Part shown: one piece after another, positions 46,129 to 59,709 of the stretch
Position numbering within the stretch: position 1 is the first letter of the stretch
Layout: each line of letters opens with the position of its first letter
From: Octopus vulgaris
Lineage: Eukaryota
Assembly (NCBI GenBank): GCA_951406725.2
Contig: OX597827.1
Location: 68,572,001-68,636,000 of the forward strand
Direction: 5' to 3'
DNA length: 64,000 nucleotides
Program-made: the position numbers and the translations under genes
The notes under the pieces: model-generated
Database searches by the model: none
What the model saw: only the letters and a program-made list of their open reading frames with translations
Told to the model about the DNA's origin: nothing

Positions 46129-46260
46129 CCTATTTCGTTCTCCATCTCTCTCCATCTTTGTTTCTCTCAATCTCCCTATCTTCCCTTCTCCCCTCTCTCT
46201 CCTACTACCTCTTCTACCCTTTCTTCGTTTCTTTCTCTCTCTTTCTCCCTCCATCCCTCT

Positions 46261-46315
<55 letters not shown>

Positions 46316-46424
46316 CTGTCTGTCTATCTCTCATTCTCTCCATCTTTATATGTAATTTATTATCTTCACGCAAGTCAACGTCCTCCAAAGAAGCCTTTAC
46401 CTGAAAAGCCGACGACGGTAGATG

Positions 46425-46560
46425 GTGATGAAGATGGCGACGGCGGCAGCACACGGCAGCAGTGGCGACGGCGGCGACGACGGCGAGGAGGGGGGAGGAG
46501 GAGGAGGAGGAGGAGAAGAAGAAGAAGAAGAAGAAGAAGAAGAAGAAGAAGAAGAAGAAG

Positions 46561-46594
<34 letters not shown>

Positions 46595-46860
46595 TCAGCA
46601 GCAAGAACGAGAACAAAAAGAACAAGAATACGAACAAGAAGGACGAGAACAAGAACAAGAGAAAAGAAGAAGAAGAAGAAGAAGAAGAAGAAGAATAAGC
46701 AGAAGAAGAAGAACAGCAACAACAACAACAAAAACAACAACAACAACAGCAACAACATGAACATGAAGAAAAACAACAACAACATGAACAAAAAGAACAA
46801 GAAAAACAAGAAGAAGAACAACAAGAAGAACAAGAAGAGGAGGTGGAGGAGAAGGCAGTA
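46425..46860. repeat. Mixed GGC/GGA/GAA/CAA trinucleotide tract
   Basis: Direct inspection. Confidence 0.9.
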
Positions 46861-47074
46861 GGAAAGAGATGGTAGATGGTAAAGGGGAGGGGGAGGATTG
46901 TGTTGATGGTTAGGATGTGATTATGACGATGATGCTGAATGTTGATATTGTTGATTGTCGGAATGATTCTCTTGGTGGAATACATATTGCGCAATTACTT
47001 CTCTGTACGACTGTGTGTGTGTGTGTGGATGTGTGTGTGTGTGTGTGTGTGTGTGGATGTATGTGGATGTGTGT

Positions 47075-47203
47075 GGATGTGTCTTGCACAACTCATTAGT
47101 GTATGTGTGCGTGTGTAGATGTATCTAGCAAAACTCACAATTGTATGTGTGTGTGTGTGTGTATGTGTAGATGTATCTTGCAAAACTCACTAGTGTATGT
47201 ATG

Positions 47204-47239
<36 letters not shown>

Positions 47240-47373
47240 GATGTGTCTTGCAAAACTCACAAGTGCATGTGTGTGTGTGTATGTGCGCGTGTGTGAATGT
47301 GTCTTGCATGTGTGTGTGTGTGTGTGTGTGAGTGTATGTGTGTGTGTGTGAATGTGTCTGGCAAAGCTCACTA

Positions 47374-47419
<46 letters not shown>

Positions 47420-47443
47420 ATGTGTCTTGAAAACTCACTAGTG

Positions 47444-47495
<52 letters not shown>

Positions 47496-48006
47496 TGTCT
47501 TGCAAAACTCACTAGTCTGTCTGTGTGTGTGTGTGGATGTGTCTTGCAAAACTCACTAGTGCATGTGTGTGTGTGAATGTCTGTGTGTGTGTATGTGTGT
47601 GTGAGTGTATGTGTGTGTGTGTGTGTGAATGTGTCTTACAAAACTCACTAGTCTGTCTGTGTGTGTGTGTGTGTGTGGATGTGTCTTGCAAAACTCACTA
47701 GTGCATGTGCATGTGTATATGTGTGTGTGTGTGAATGTGTCTTGCAAAACTCACTAGTCTGTGTGTGTGGATGTGTCTTGCAAAAGTCACTAGTCTGTGT
47801 GTGTGTGTACGAACGTGTGTGTGTGTGTGTGTGTGTGGATGTGTCTTGCAAAACTCACTAGTCTGTGTGTGTGTATGTGTGTATGTGTGTGTGTGGATGT
47901 GTCTTGCAAAAGTCACTAGTCTGTCTGTGTGTGTGTACGAACGTGTGTGTGTGTGTGTACGAACGTGTGTGTGTGTGTATGAATGTGTTTTGTAAAACTC
48001 ACCAGT
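47075..48006. repeat. Composite minisatellite: ~16 copies of a 25-bp core separated by variable (GT)n spacers
   Basis: Core (g/a)atgtgtcttgcaaaactcactagt. Confidence 0.93.
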
Positions 48007-48436
48007 ATACTATACAGCTGAACAAGACCTAAAGTGCTTATTTTAGATTTAGAAAATTATATTACAATGTCAAAAGGAACACACCGTCCATTTTATAAAT
48101 ATTTTCGTATATCTTTTTTTCCTGTAATTTTATTTTCCATTTTTATTTTGAAGCTTGGCTGTTTGGTAAAACGACTGCTTCCGAACTCCGTGGTTCACGG
48201 TTAGGTCCCAGTGCGTAGCACCTTGAATAAATATCTTCTACTAATAGACCGGTGCCGACCAAAGTTTTGCAAGTGCATTTGGTAGACAGGAAATAAAAGA
48301 AGCCTGCTTCCCAAACACATGGGTCCAGGATTAGAGCCACTGCATGGCAACTTGGGTAAGTGTCTTCTACTATAGACTCGGACCCGACCAAAGCTTTCTG
48401 AGTGGAGTTGGTACTCGGAAACTGAAAGAAGTCTGT

Positions 48437-48473
<37 letters not shown>

Positions 48474-48853
48474 ATGTATATATTTGTGCCCTCTACCACC
48501 ATCGCTTGGCAACCGATGTTGGTGTGTTATGTGCCCGAAACTTAGCTGTTCGGTAAAAGATAACGATTGGATAAGTACAAGGGTTACAAAAAATAAGTCC
48601 TGGGATCGAATTTTTTTTTATTAAAGGTGGTGCTCCAGCATGACCACAGTCAAATGACTAAAACAAGTAAATCAATACAAGAATAAAAATATATATGTAC
48701 ACATATATACATGTATATATATGCACATATATATATATATGTATACATATATATGCCTATATATACATATTTATACATACATATATATATTTATATATAT
48801 ATATATATACATCTGTATATATATATGTATATATATTTATGTATATATATATG

Positions 48854-48894
<41 letters not shown>

Positions 48895-49003
48895 ATATAT
48901 ATATATGTATATATATGCATATATATGTATACATATATGTATATATATAGCCACTACACACATTTTTTCTCTCCTTGTTTCTCTCCTTGTTTTTTCTGTG
49001 TAC

Positions 49004-49039
49004 CTTTCTGTAGAAGAGCGTAGGCTCGAAACGTAAAAG
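49004..49039 (+). ncRNA. Hammerhead-like motif, CTGTNGA family with GUA triplet (cassette 48949-49131, (TA)n on both sides)
   Basis: cttt CTGTAGA a gagc-gtag-gctc GAAAC GTA aaag. Confidence 0.5.
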
Positions 49040-49128
49040 ACTGTTTCTATTCCTGAGCGTTATATTAATACATCTATTTGTTTTGTACACCACCTGTCTT
49101 CGTCTTTTGTTTTTTTTTCTTAAACTTT

Positions 49129-49166
<38 letters not shown>

Positions 49167-50165
49167 GCATGTATACATTTATGTATTTACTCGGCATTTA
49201 TGAATGGATGGTTGGATGCTTGCATGTATGTGTGTATGTGTGTATGTTTGTTAGCATCTATGTGTGAAGTTCGTCTTGTTGACTGCAAAAGGCAGCAAAC
49301 CGCACGGGGAAGGAGAATAAAAACCTGAAAAGTTTCGTTGATGATGACTTTATAATTTCATACCACGTGAACGTTTAGATTTACCGCCCACGAATAAATG
49401 TATTCTCATGAACTTCCTCGCTATTTCCGTTTACAGAATTTCACTCAGTAAGATAGATAGAAGATTATTGCTGAAGGCTCGGCAGTGAGAAGCCCTAAAT
49501 TTGTTATAAGATGATAACCTAAAAGCCTTCTGAACCACACACGTTTTGCCTGCATCGATGATTCATAAGAGCACGTAAGTAATGGACGTTTGCAACATTG
49601 TTAAGCGAAGGAGTGCTTCTCTGTTTTTGCGAAAATATGAAAAACAAAAAAAAACGTCGTTTGACATTTTTGCGGTTTTGGCATAATTTAGAAATACGGA
49701 AGTGTTACATCAGAATACGCTGAATGACGGAACTACAACCAGCCGCCATTGTTCAAGCGACGAATAGGAAAAGTACATGTTGCGGACATTATCGGGTGTG
49801 AATATGCTGTGTTGGTGCACACAGCGGGGATAAATGCAACTGTCGCCTCGATTTGTGATTCATGCGACCACAAAAACCAATCCTTCGCGTCTGTTCTATA
49901 CTGTTCAAAACGTACTGCTGTTGCTGTGACCAGCATGTTTGGATGTATGTGTGTATATGAGGAGAAAGAAACGGGAAGATAGAGTTAGAGAGGGTAAGAG
50001 AGAGAGGTGAGAGTGTTGAGGCGCCTACGTGCCGTTTTCGCGAAATGTATTACGATTCCTGGCTTTTGCTGTTTCCCATCTTTTATTTTAGCTGACTACA
50101 TATATAAATATCCGCATTCGAGCGCTGCGAACGTGCATTTCAATAGCTGTAGTTTATATATAATA

Positions 50166-50473
50166 GTGGAGGAGCAATGGCCCAGTAGTTAGGGCAGCGG
50201 ACTCGCGGGCGGAGGATCGCGGTTTCGATTCCCAGATCGAGCATTGTGTGTCTTTATTGAGCGAAAGCACCTAAAAGCTCCACGATGCTCCGGCAGGGAG
50301 TGGTGGCGACACCTGTTGTACTTTTTCGCCACAACTTTCTCTCTCTTCCTGTTTCTTGAGTAATGCTGCGATGGACTGGCGTCCCGTCCAGGTGTGGGAA
50401 ACACATATGCCACAGAAACCAGGAAACCGGGCCCATGAGCCTGGCTACGCTTGGAAAGGGCGACGTTTATCGT
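50166..50473 (+). mobile_element. SINE family C, full length, 16-bp TSD
   Basis: tRNA-like head tggcccagtagttagg..ggtttcgattccc. TSD tagtttatatataata at 50150-50165 and 50474-50489. Confidence 0.88.
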
Positions 50474-50497
50474 TAGTTTATATATAATATATTATGT

Positions 50498-50565
<68 letters not shown>

Positions 50566-50574
50566 CTTCTTTTT

Positions 50575-50961
50575 TATTTGTTTGAGTCATTTGAGAGCGG
50601 CTAAGCTGGAACACCGCCTTTTAGTTGAATAAATCTACTCAAGGATTTATTCTTTGTAAGTCTAGTTCTTATTCTATCGGTCTATTTTTACCGAGCCGCT
50701 AAGTTACAAGGACGCAAATACATCGGTTGTCAAGCGATGGAGGGTTGACAAACACAGACACACAAACATATACGCATCTATATATATACACACACACAAA
50801 CGACTGATTTCTTTCAGTTTCCGTCTACCAAATCCACTCAGAAGGCTTTGGTCGGCCCGAGGCTAAAGCAGAAGACACTTGACCAAGGTGTCACGCAGGG
50901 GGACTGAATCCGGATCCATGTAGAACCAAGCTCCTCGCCACACAGCTATGCCTGCGCCTAT
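50575..50961 (-). mobile_element. SINE family B (diverged)
   Basis: Reverse-complement match to family B. Confidence 0.82.
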
Positions 50962-51009
50962 ATACAACACACACACACACACAGGTACACACACACACAC
51001 ATACACACA

Positions 51010-51121
<112 letters not shown>

Positions 51122-52050
51122 AAAGACAAACAGGTCATATCAGCTACAATACAACATAGATTCTTGATTTATTAAGTATAATTTTCGCTTGCAAAGGATG
51201 TTTCGTAAAAACAAAATGGTAATTGAAACTAGTTTCACTTGAGAAGGAGGGATTATCTCAAGTATCAAGAATTGAGAAGTTGAGATGCCATTAAGGAAAA
51301 GGACAAACTTATTATCTGGAGGTAAGAGAACAGTCGTGGATACGTGTTTCTGGCTCAGTAAACGTCATCAGCAAACGACTTGTTCAGGTTTATTTCCAGT
51401 AGCCAAGAGGGTGACACAAAATAGAGGACACATACTCAGATACGTATTTCTGTATTTATATTGCTTTACGCTACGTTGAAAACACAAATGCCATAAAACA
51501 TTAGCATCAGAGACTTTCCAGCCGTGGCCATTTCATTTCTTTCCTACGTGTAGCAAGCCAGAACCACATAACCCAACGTTCTTATTTAAAAAAAAGAAGT
51601 GAGGTTTGATCTGAAAGAGGAACATTTGGCTGTCATTTCTTGCAAATCATGTGACCTCATAGAACGTACTACACTAGCTCACTGTTTCTAATTCTATGGG
51701 TGCGGTAGTAATGCTGCTGCCAAGACTGGTGATAGGATTGTAGCAGTTTTAGAGAGTATATAATTTTAAATAGTATACTAGTTGCCAGGTTGGAATAATC
51801 TCTCACCTGAGAATAAATTACGTAAAACTGCGAAGCTGGAAGTACTTTTAATACGATATATGTGGGAGATGGCAATGTTACGATGGTTGCAGGTATAACG
51901 TCTCGAACACTTACTTCAGACTATCATTCTATATTTGTATTGTATAAAAGATACTGTACACGCAAACATATATATGCAAACATACAAGCGCACGCAAGCA
52001 CTCACACACACGTACGCACACACGCACACTCATACACGCACATACTCACG

Positions 52051-52096
<46 letters not shown>

Positions 52097-52246
52097 ATTT
52101 CAAATTAATAATAAAAGGGTAAAATTAATTTATTAAATCAATAAATTAATCAATCAATTAATTAATAGTTTTACCAAGTAGATCGGTACGTTAAAATAAC
52201 TTTTATAGGTAAAATTATTTGTACATACATATATATATATATATAT

Positions 52247-52660
52247 AATGATAAATCTCAAAGCGAGTTATAAACAGTGGCAGCAACACATCGTGACGTA
52301 TATTTGCCATTTGAATATGGCTAACCCCTAAGGGTGGATGCTACTGTAGTTTGTAGCCCCAGGAGGACACCTCCTCCAGCTGGCTATAGACACACTTTCT
52401 GTGCCCTATCAGTATTTGCGAAGGGAAGCCATCCTTCCCGTCTTCAACTCATGATACACACGGACTCGAGTTTCAGGGTATTGACCCGTCATCGGCGTGT
52501 GACAATCATAGTTGTCGACGAGAAGTCGGTTCCCCTCACAAATACATATACTTTTTCCAGTATCGATTGACACTGATATTGAAAAAGTGAAATCAAACAA
52601 TGATAAATCTCAGAGCGAGTTATAAACAGTAGCAGCAACACATCGTGACTTATATTTGCC
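52247..52660 (+). repeat. 62-bp direct repeats (52247-52308, 52599-52660) enclosing an unclassified interspersed repeat (family D)
   Basis: aatgataaatctca.agcgagttataaacagt.gcagcaacacatcgtgac.tatatttgcc occurs twice. The inner motif ccccaggaggac..ctcctccagctgg also occurs at ~45865-45900 (-) and ~55690 (+). Confidence 0.8.
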
Positions 52661-53375
52661 GCGTGGAGCTTAGGTGTTTCGCTCATAAACACACTCACCG
52701 CCCGGTCTCAGATTCGAACCCGCAATCCCTCGACCCCGAGTCCGCTGCTCTAACCGCTAGGCCATGTGCCTCCACGAAATTTGATATTGGAGGGAGGCTA
52801 ATCGATTACATAGACCAACTGGCACTTATTTCATCGACCCCGAAAGAATGAAAGGCAATATCGACAACGACGGAATTCGAATTTAAAGCGTAGTGCCGGA
52901 AGAAATGCCGCTAAACATTTTGTCCGCCAGCTCACGGCCTTTAATGATTCTTTGTACCGTAGGCCAAATGCCTGAAATATTTGGTGAAAAGAGCAAGTAG
53001 ATTACAGTGACCTCAGTAGTCAACTGGTACTAGTCTTATTCGGTCTGAAAGGATGAAAAGCAAAGAATTTGAACTCAGAACATAAAGTTTAAAAAAATTT
53101 CTGCTATTCATTTTGTCCAGCGTGATAGCGAGTCTGCCACCTTACCACCTTAATGGATTCTAAAATGAGAAAAGAAGACAAAAAAATCGGTTCGGTTGCT
53201 GCTTGTTGGAATACATATACATTTATACATTTATTGGTAGAAATGGCAAGACAACAAAAGAATGAAAGAGACTTCGATATTATGTAAATATTATGTAAAA
53301 AGAGGAATTTATCTGTATCCGAAACTCGGAGTTCTATCATGGCTACCGAGTAATTGTCACATATTATATTTACAT

Positions 53376-53406
<31 letters not shown>

Positions 53407-53437
53407 ACCCCCCCCCCCCCATATATATATATATAAA

Positions 53438-53676
53438 TATATATACCAATTAAGTACTGAACACGAAAAGTGGACAGTCAACATGCTAGATATAGACGTC
53501 AAATCGCCATTTAGTATACTAAGTATTGTATTTCGTATATTTTCACTTGTTTATTGCTTGGGTTTGTGATGAGTTTGATTTGAGAACATAATCTTTTGTG
53601 GAGAATGGCGATTTGACGTCTATATCTAGCATGTTGACTATCCACTTTTCGTGTTCAGTCCTTAATTGGTATATAT
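53438..53676. repeat. Inverted repeat, ~73-bp arms with 2 mismatches, ~92-bp spacer
   Basis: tataccaattaagtactgaacacgaaaagtggacagtcaacatgctagatatagacgtcaaatcgccatt has its reverse complement at 53604-53676. Confidence 0.9.
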
Positions 53677-53763
53677 AAATATTTAATCCTCGGATTCTTT
53701 TTTTTAATATGCTAGACCACTGGTTTTAATTGATAAATATTGATTTCTACCCTTAATTAATTT

Positions 53764-53831
<68 letters not shown>

Positions 53832-53875
53832 ACCACTTGTGAATCGATGGCGATTTTCTTCCTCCGTTTTCTTCT

Positions 53876-53910
53876 GTTTCGGAAGAAGAGCTTTGCTCGA
53901 AACGTTAAAC
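53876..53910 (+). ncRNA. Hammerhead-like motif, relative of the 12.6-kb and 36.8-kb cassettes
   Basis: gttt CGGAAGA a gagc-ttt-gctc GAAAC GTT aaac. Confidence 0.5.
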
Positions 53911-54012
53911 CATCCTGAGCGGCTGCTAATACTTTACATGTAGCACGTCCTCACATTATAGTTGGGTTTTTTTTTGTGTTTGTTCTTCATTTTTTTTATT
54001 TACTATATATAT

Positions 54013-54055
<43 letters not shown>

Positions 54056-54303
54056 TGAAGAAGCAACTGTTAAGAATCTGGCCACACCCTCCAGAAAGTT
54101 CACGTATTCTGAGTGAGATCAGATATTCTCAAACAGTGGAATTGTTTGCGTGTGTGTGTGTTGTTTGTGAGGGAGTGTGAGGGAGTGTATGTTCGGTTTA
54201 TTATTTTTTTTTATCTTTTTCTCTTCATTCTTTCCCGGAGAGCATGCTGCGCACTTGAAATTCAGAACTGATATCTGTTTTCCTTTTCTTCCCTCCTTAT
54301 GCG

Positions 54304-54373
<70 letters not shown>

Positions 54374-54419
54374 ATATATATATATATGTATATATATATT
54401 ATGTATGTATGTATGTATG

Positions 54420-54450
<31 letters not shown>

Positions 54451-54460
54451 TTTTTTTATG

Positions 54461-54503
<43 letters not shown>

Positions 54504-55363
54504 ATGTATGTATGTATGTATATATATACATATATATATAATGCATGTGTGTTTTTGTGAGTGTGTACATACTTACATTGATACATACATGCACACATTC
54601 ACACTCGCATATACTAGGATTTAAACATATACTAAAGAAAGCATCTACTTATATATATGTGTGTGCATATATTCACTTATGCAAGTGCATACCTGTATAC
54701 ATATGCCCTTTCCAAAACAATTGCATACATGTATAGGATTTCATTTGATACGAACAATATTTGTTAAGAGGTTCGTGGACTTTGTATTTATGATACACCG
54801 GCACCGGAGATTAAAATGTGCAGATAGGTGTTTTAAAAGATATTAGAATTAATTAAATAGATTTACATCAACGCATTTCTCTGTCATTTATGACTTTATA
54901 CACTCCTTATCATTTTCTCTTTTTTTCGTACTGTAAATTCAATATGTTTGGCAGAATCGAGAATCAAGGAGCGTTTTTATGAGTAATACCGTATTACTTT
55001 AAACCCTATATTGTGACATAGATGTATGTGTGTGTGTGTGTATGTGTGTGTGTGTTTGTGGACCCATTTGATTCAATGTTCTAAAAATGAGTGAACTATT
55101 ATGGCGTGGCTGTGTGGTAAGTAGCTTCCTTCCCAACCACATGGTTCCGGGTTCAGTCCCAGTGCGTGGCACCTTGGTCAAGTGTCTTCTGCTATAGCCT
55201 CGGGCTGACCAAAGCCTTGTGAGTGGTAGACGGAAACAGAAAGAAGTACGTCATATATGTGTGTGTGTGCGTGTGTGTATTTGTGTGTATGTGTGTGTGT
55301 GTGTGTGTGTGTAAGTACTGGTAATGGCCACTTTAATGCGGCTGTCCTCAAAGAGATGACAAT

Positions 55364-55663
55364 TTTATTTATGCGCCTTTTCAAGCCTAGCCAGGCTCAT
55401 GGGCCCGGTTTCCCGGTTTCTGTAGCGTATGTGTTCCCCCCAGCTGGACGGGACACCAAGCCATCGCAATGTTATTCAAGAAACAGTGAGAAAGAGTGAG
55501 AGAAAGTTGAGGTGAAACAGTACAGCAGGGGTCACCACCACCCCCTGCCGAGCTTCGTGGAGCTTTTAAGTGTTTTCGCTCAATAAATACACACAACGCC
55601 CGGTCTGGGAATCGAAACCGCGATCCTCCGATCGCGAGTCCGCTGCCCTAACCACTGGGCCCT
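55364..55663 (-). mobile_element. SINE family C with 14-bp TSD
   Basis: Reverse complement of 50166-50473. TSD aaagaga(t/c)gacaat at 55350-55363 and 55664-55677. Confidence 0.85.
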
Positions 55664-56084
55664 AAAGAGACGACAATACTGCTATTTAACCCCCAGGAAG
55701 ACATCTCCTCCAGCTAGTTTGTTCAGTGCACTTCTTGCAATCGTCATTTATAGCAAGCGGGAGATAACTCCTGCACACTAGCTCTAAGACCACCAGACCA
55801 GGTGGTTTCGATCTGTACTGAATCTCTTCGGTGGTAGGCACCCATGGCATCACCTCACTTGCAATATATAGAAAACCTAGCGTCATACAATCACTGATTT
55901 TGTAACTCTCTCTCTCTTTCTCTCTCCCCCTCTCTCACCCCCTCTCTCTCTCTCTCTCTCTCGATATATATATATGTACACACATACATATATGGATACA
56001 TACATAAATACATACACAAAAATACACACATACATAGACACATACATACATACATACATACATACATACATACATACATGTACA

Positions 56085-56240
56085 AATGGATTAAGTCGAT
56101 TATATCGACTCCAGTGCGTAACTGGTACTTCTTTAATCGGACCCCCGAAAGGATAAAAGGCAAAGTCGACCTCGGCGGAATTTGAACTCAGAACGTAGCG
56201 GCAGACGAAATACCGCTAAGCATTTCGCCCGGCGTGCTAA
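56085..56240 (-). mobile_element. SINE family A fragment
   Basis: Matches the family A core. Further partial copies lie at ~28530-28680(+), 29690-29840(-), 32000-32200(-) and 52790-53140(-). Confidence 0.82.
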
Positions 56241-56448
56241 TATACAACCTTTCTTTTCTATCATTTTACTCGGCCGCTCTTTCTTAAATATATGTACATA
56301 CATATATACAGAGGTTAAAATTTTCTTTGCGAATCACATAGACCAGGGTTCACTCCCATTGCATGGTACCTTGAGCAACTGCTTTCTGCTATTGCCCGGA
56401 TCGACCAAAGCCTTGTGAAGGGACTTGATGTACACCAACTGTGTGTGT

Positions 56449-56540
<92 letters not shown>

Positions 56541-56796
56541 CGTGCGTGTTCAAGGTCAATCTTTGCAGGCGGCTTCACTCTGCATGCTGTAGCTTCGTTA
56601 CTATGCCAACAGTCCAGATACTTATTAATCAGACCGTCCTTGTTTGTCCCTATGTTTAGCCCCTTGTGGGCAATAAAAAAATTATTATTCAGGGTTATTT
56701 CAAGATTTCTTGCTAATAGAGAAAGGGCCGATATCTAATCTAGATCCAAGACTCCGATCCAAGAACGTCAACAAGGTGTTTACATATGTATGTATG

Positions 56797-57200
56797 TAGG
56801 CGCAGAAGTGGCTGTGTGGTAAGTAGCTTACTTACCAGCCCCTTGGTTCCGGGTTCAGTCCCACTGCGTGGCACCTTAGGCAAGTGTCTTCTACTATAGC
56901 CTCCAAAGCCTTGTGAGTGGATTTGGTAGACGGAAAGTGAAACAAGGCCGTCGTATATATGTATATGCATGTGTGTGTGTGTGTGTGTATGTGTGTGTTT
57001 GTGTGTCTGTGTTTGTCCCCTCCAACATCGCTTGACAACCGATGCTCGTGTGTTTACATCCCTATAACTTAGCGGTTCGGCAAAAGAAAGACCGATAGAA
57101 TAAGTGCTAGGCTTACAAAAAATAAGTCCTGGGGTCGATTTGCTCGACTAAAGGCGGTGCTCCAGCATGGCCGCAGTCAAATGACTGAAGCAAATAAAGA
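56797..57200 (+). mobile_element. SINE family B, near full length
   Basis: Matches 25681-26092. Confidence 0.88.
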
Positions 57201-57483
57201 CTAAATGTACGTATGTATGTATGTATGTATGTATGTATGTATGTATGTATGTATGTATGCATGTATGTATGTATGTATGTATGTATGTATGCATGTATGT
57301 ATGTATGTATGTATGTATGACTGTGCGCGCGCGCGTCAGCGTTTAGCTATTTGCCTCTCACACCGTCCGCCATCATTAGTTAGACGAGCGAACCCTACAT
57401 AGTTGATTAAAATATCTTTCTGTTAACATGCTGTGAAGGTGACGATAGCACACACATCAAGGGACCATTCAGCCCCTGTTCAT

Positions 57484-57518
<35 letters not shown>

Positions 57519-57590
57519 TTCATTCGTTTATTTATTTATTTATTAACCTATTTGTAATGCTTGTTTGCTTGTTTATCTTAACTAAACTTT

Positions 57591-57657
<67 letters not shown>

Positions 57658-57929
57658 GACCGTCTCCCAGTTCCACCTCGTTATAGATTTGTACTCACAC
57701 AAACACATGCAGACGCACAAACGCACATAGGGAAACGTACGTCCATCCATACATGTATACACACACACGAGCGCGCATACAGAAACTTACGTATTTGTAT
57801 ATACATATAACCATACACTCATACACGCATGCACATCCGCAAATCTACGTGCACCATCATTTTTCCGATAAGTCTTCCCGCCTTCATTCTCTGCCTCTCT
57901 TTCTCTCTCTCTCTCTTTCTCTTTCTCTT

Positions 57930-57976
<47 letters not shown>

Positions 57977-58207
57977 GTCTCTCTCTCTACTTCTTTCTCT
58001 CTCACAGTTTCACTTTCTCTTTGTGTCACTCTCACTCTCACTCCAACTCTCTCTCACTTTCTCTTTTTCTCTCTCTGACTTTCCTTGTCTCTCAGCCTCC
58101 CACTCTCCCACTCTCTCTCACTCTCCCACTCTCTCTCACTCTCCCACTCTCAGTCTCTCTTTCTCACTCTCTTTCTCATTCTCTCTTTCATTCTATCTCT
58201 CTATCTA

Positions 58208-58238
<31 letters not shown>

Positions 58239-58419
58239 ACTTCTTTCTCTCTCACAGTTTCACATTCTCTCTGTGTCACTCTCACTCTCACTCCAACTCT
58301 CTCTCTCTCACTTTCTCTTTTTTCTGTCTCTGACTTTCCTTGTCTCTCACCCTCCCACTCTCACTCTCTCTCTCTCTCACTCTCCCACTCTCACTCTCAC
58401 TCTCCCACTCTCTCTCTCC

Positions 58420-58451
<32 letters not shown>

Positions 58452-58616
58452 CTATCTCAAATACATTCACATCTTTACACGTTCTCACTTTTTTTATTAC
58501 ACATTAACACATTCAAAGACGCATTCAAACACGCACACATACACACAAACATACATTCAGTCATTTATAAATATATTTTATACATTCACAAATACACACA
58601 CACACACACACACGCA

Positions 58617-58684
<68 letters not shown>

Positions 58685-59010
58685 AGTAGGCACACGTATT
58701 CACACATACACGGAGAAAGAAAAACACATATTTACACAGATTGAAACATTTACACATATACACACGGACCCACGCATTCATACTTAGACGTAAATAAACA
58801 AACATATTTAGACAGATATACTCTCCCCCCCCCACACACACACACGCAGTCATAGATATTATCACTAGCGCCATCGGTGTCCAGGACCCAAAAAGACATG
58901 TCAAAAGCTGATACGGTTTCATGCTACGAATCTTCGGTACGATCTCATGCCATATCACACACACACACACACACAGACGTATACTCAGACATACATATGT
59001 ATATGCGTAA

Positions 59011-59051
<41 letters not shown>

Positions 59052-59087
59052 CACACACATATATATATATATCTGTGTCTGTATCTA

Positions 59088-59122
<35 letters not shown>

Positions 59123-59137
59123 ATATCTATCTATATA

Positions 59138-59205
<68 letters not shown>

Positions 59206-59709
59206 GTACATATATATATGTACATATATATATATATATATACATATGCATGTACGTATACACATATAGTATGCGCATATATGCATGTGTGTATGTATAT
59301 GTATACACACAAACTACACATTCATATACAGCAGTCAACCGCACTCACTCAGATGCATACAAATGCACAAAAGCGCATATACACACAAGCACGTGCTCAG
59401 ATATAAGAGACAACCGCACTCAAATTCACATACATGCATTCACACATACATAGGCACAGGAGTGGCTGTGTGGTAAGAAGCTTGCTTCCCAACCACATGG
59501 TTCCGGGCTCTGTCCCACTACGTGGCACCTTGGGCAAGTGTTTTCTACTATAGCCTCGTGACGACCAAAGCCTTGTGAGTGGATTTGGCAAAGGGAATTG
59601 AAACCCGTCGAATATATTGTATATACTGTATTTTAACGTGTATAAGGAACCCCTAATTTTAGGGGCTTAAAATTTGGGAAAAAGGTTTTTAAAAGATTGT
59701 AATACTGTC

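Noticed and set aside
46375-46500. Possible minus-strand splice site ttttcag|gtaaag with peptide GKGFFGGR*, and the poly-E/Q ORF 46422..46760
   Set aside because: The site is ambiguous as donor or acceptor, embedded in trinucleotide repeats, and has no partner splice site or homology.
47075-48006. CRISPR array
   Set aside because: The spacers are (GT)n of very unequal length rather than unique sequence, there is no cas gene or leader, and the context is eukaryotic.
50166-50240. tRNA gene (also heads at 25681, 55590-55663, 56797)
   Set aside because: The A/B-box-like heads continue into SINE bodies, with TSDs in the family C copies. No complete cloverleaf could be supported.
52315-52390. HDV-like ribozyme in family D
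   Set aside because: I could not assemble the P1/P2/P3/P1.1 nested pseudoknot by eye; the ctcctcc segment is better explained by a simple hairpin.
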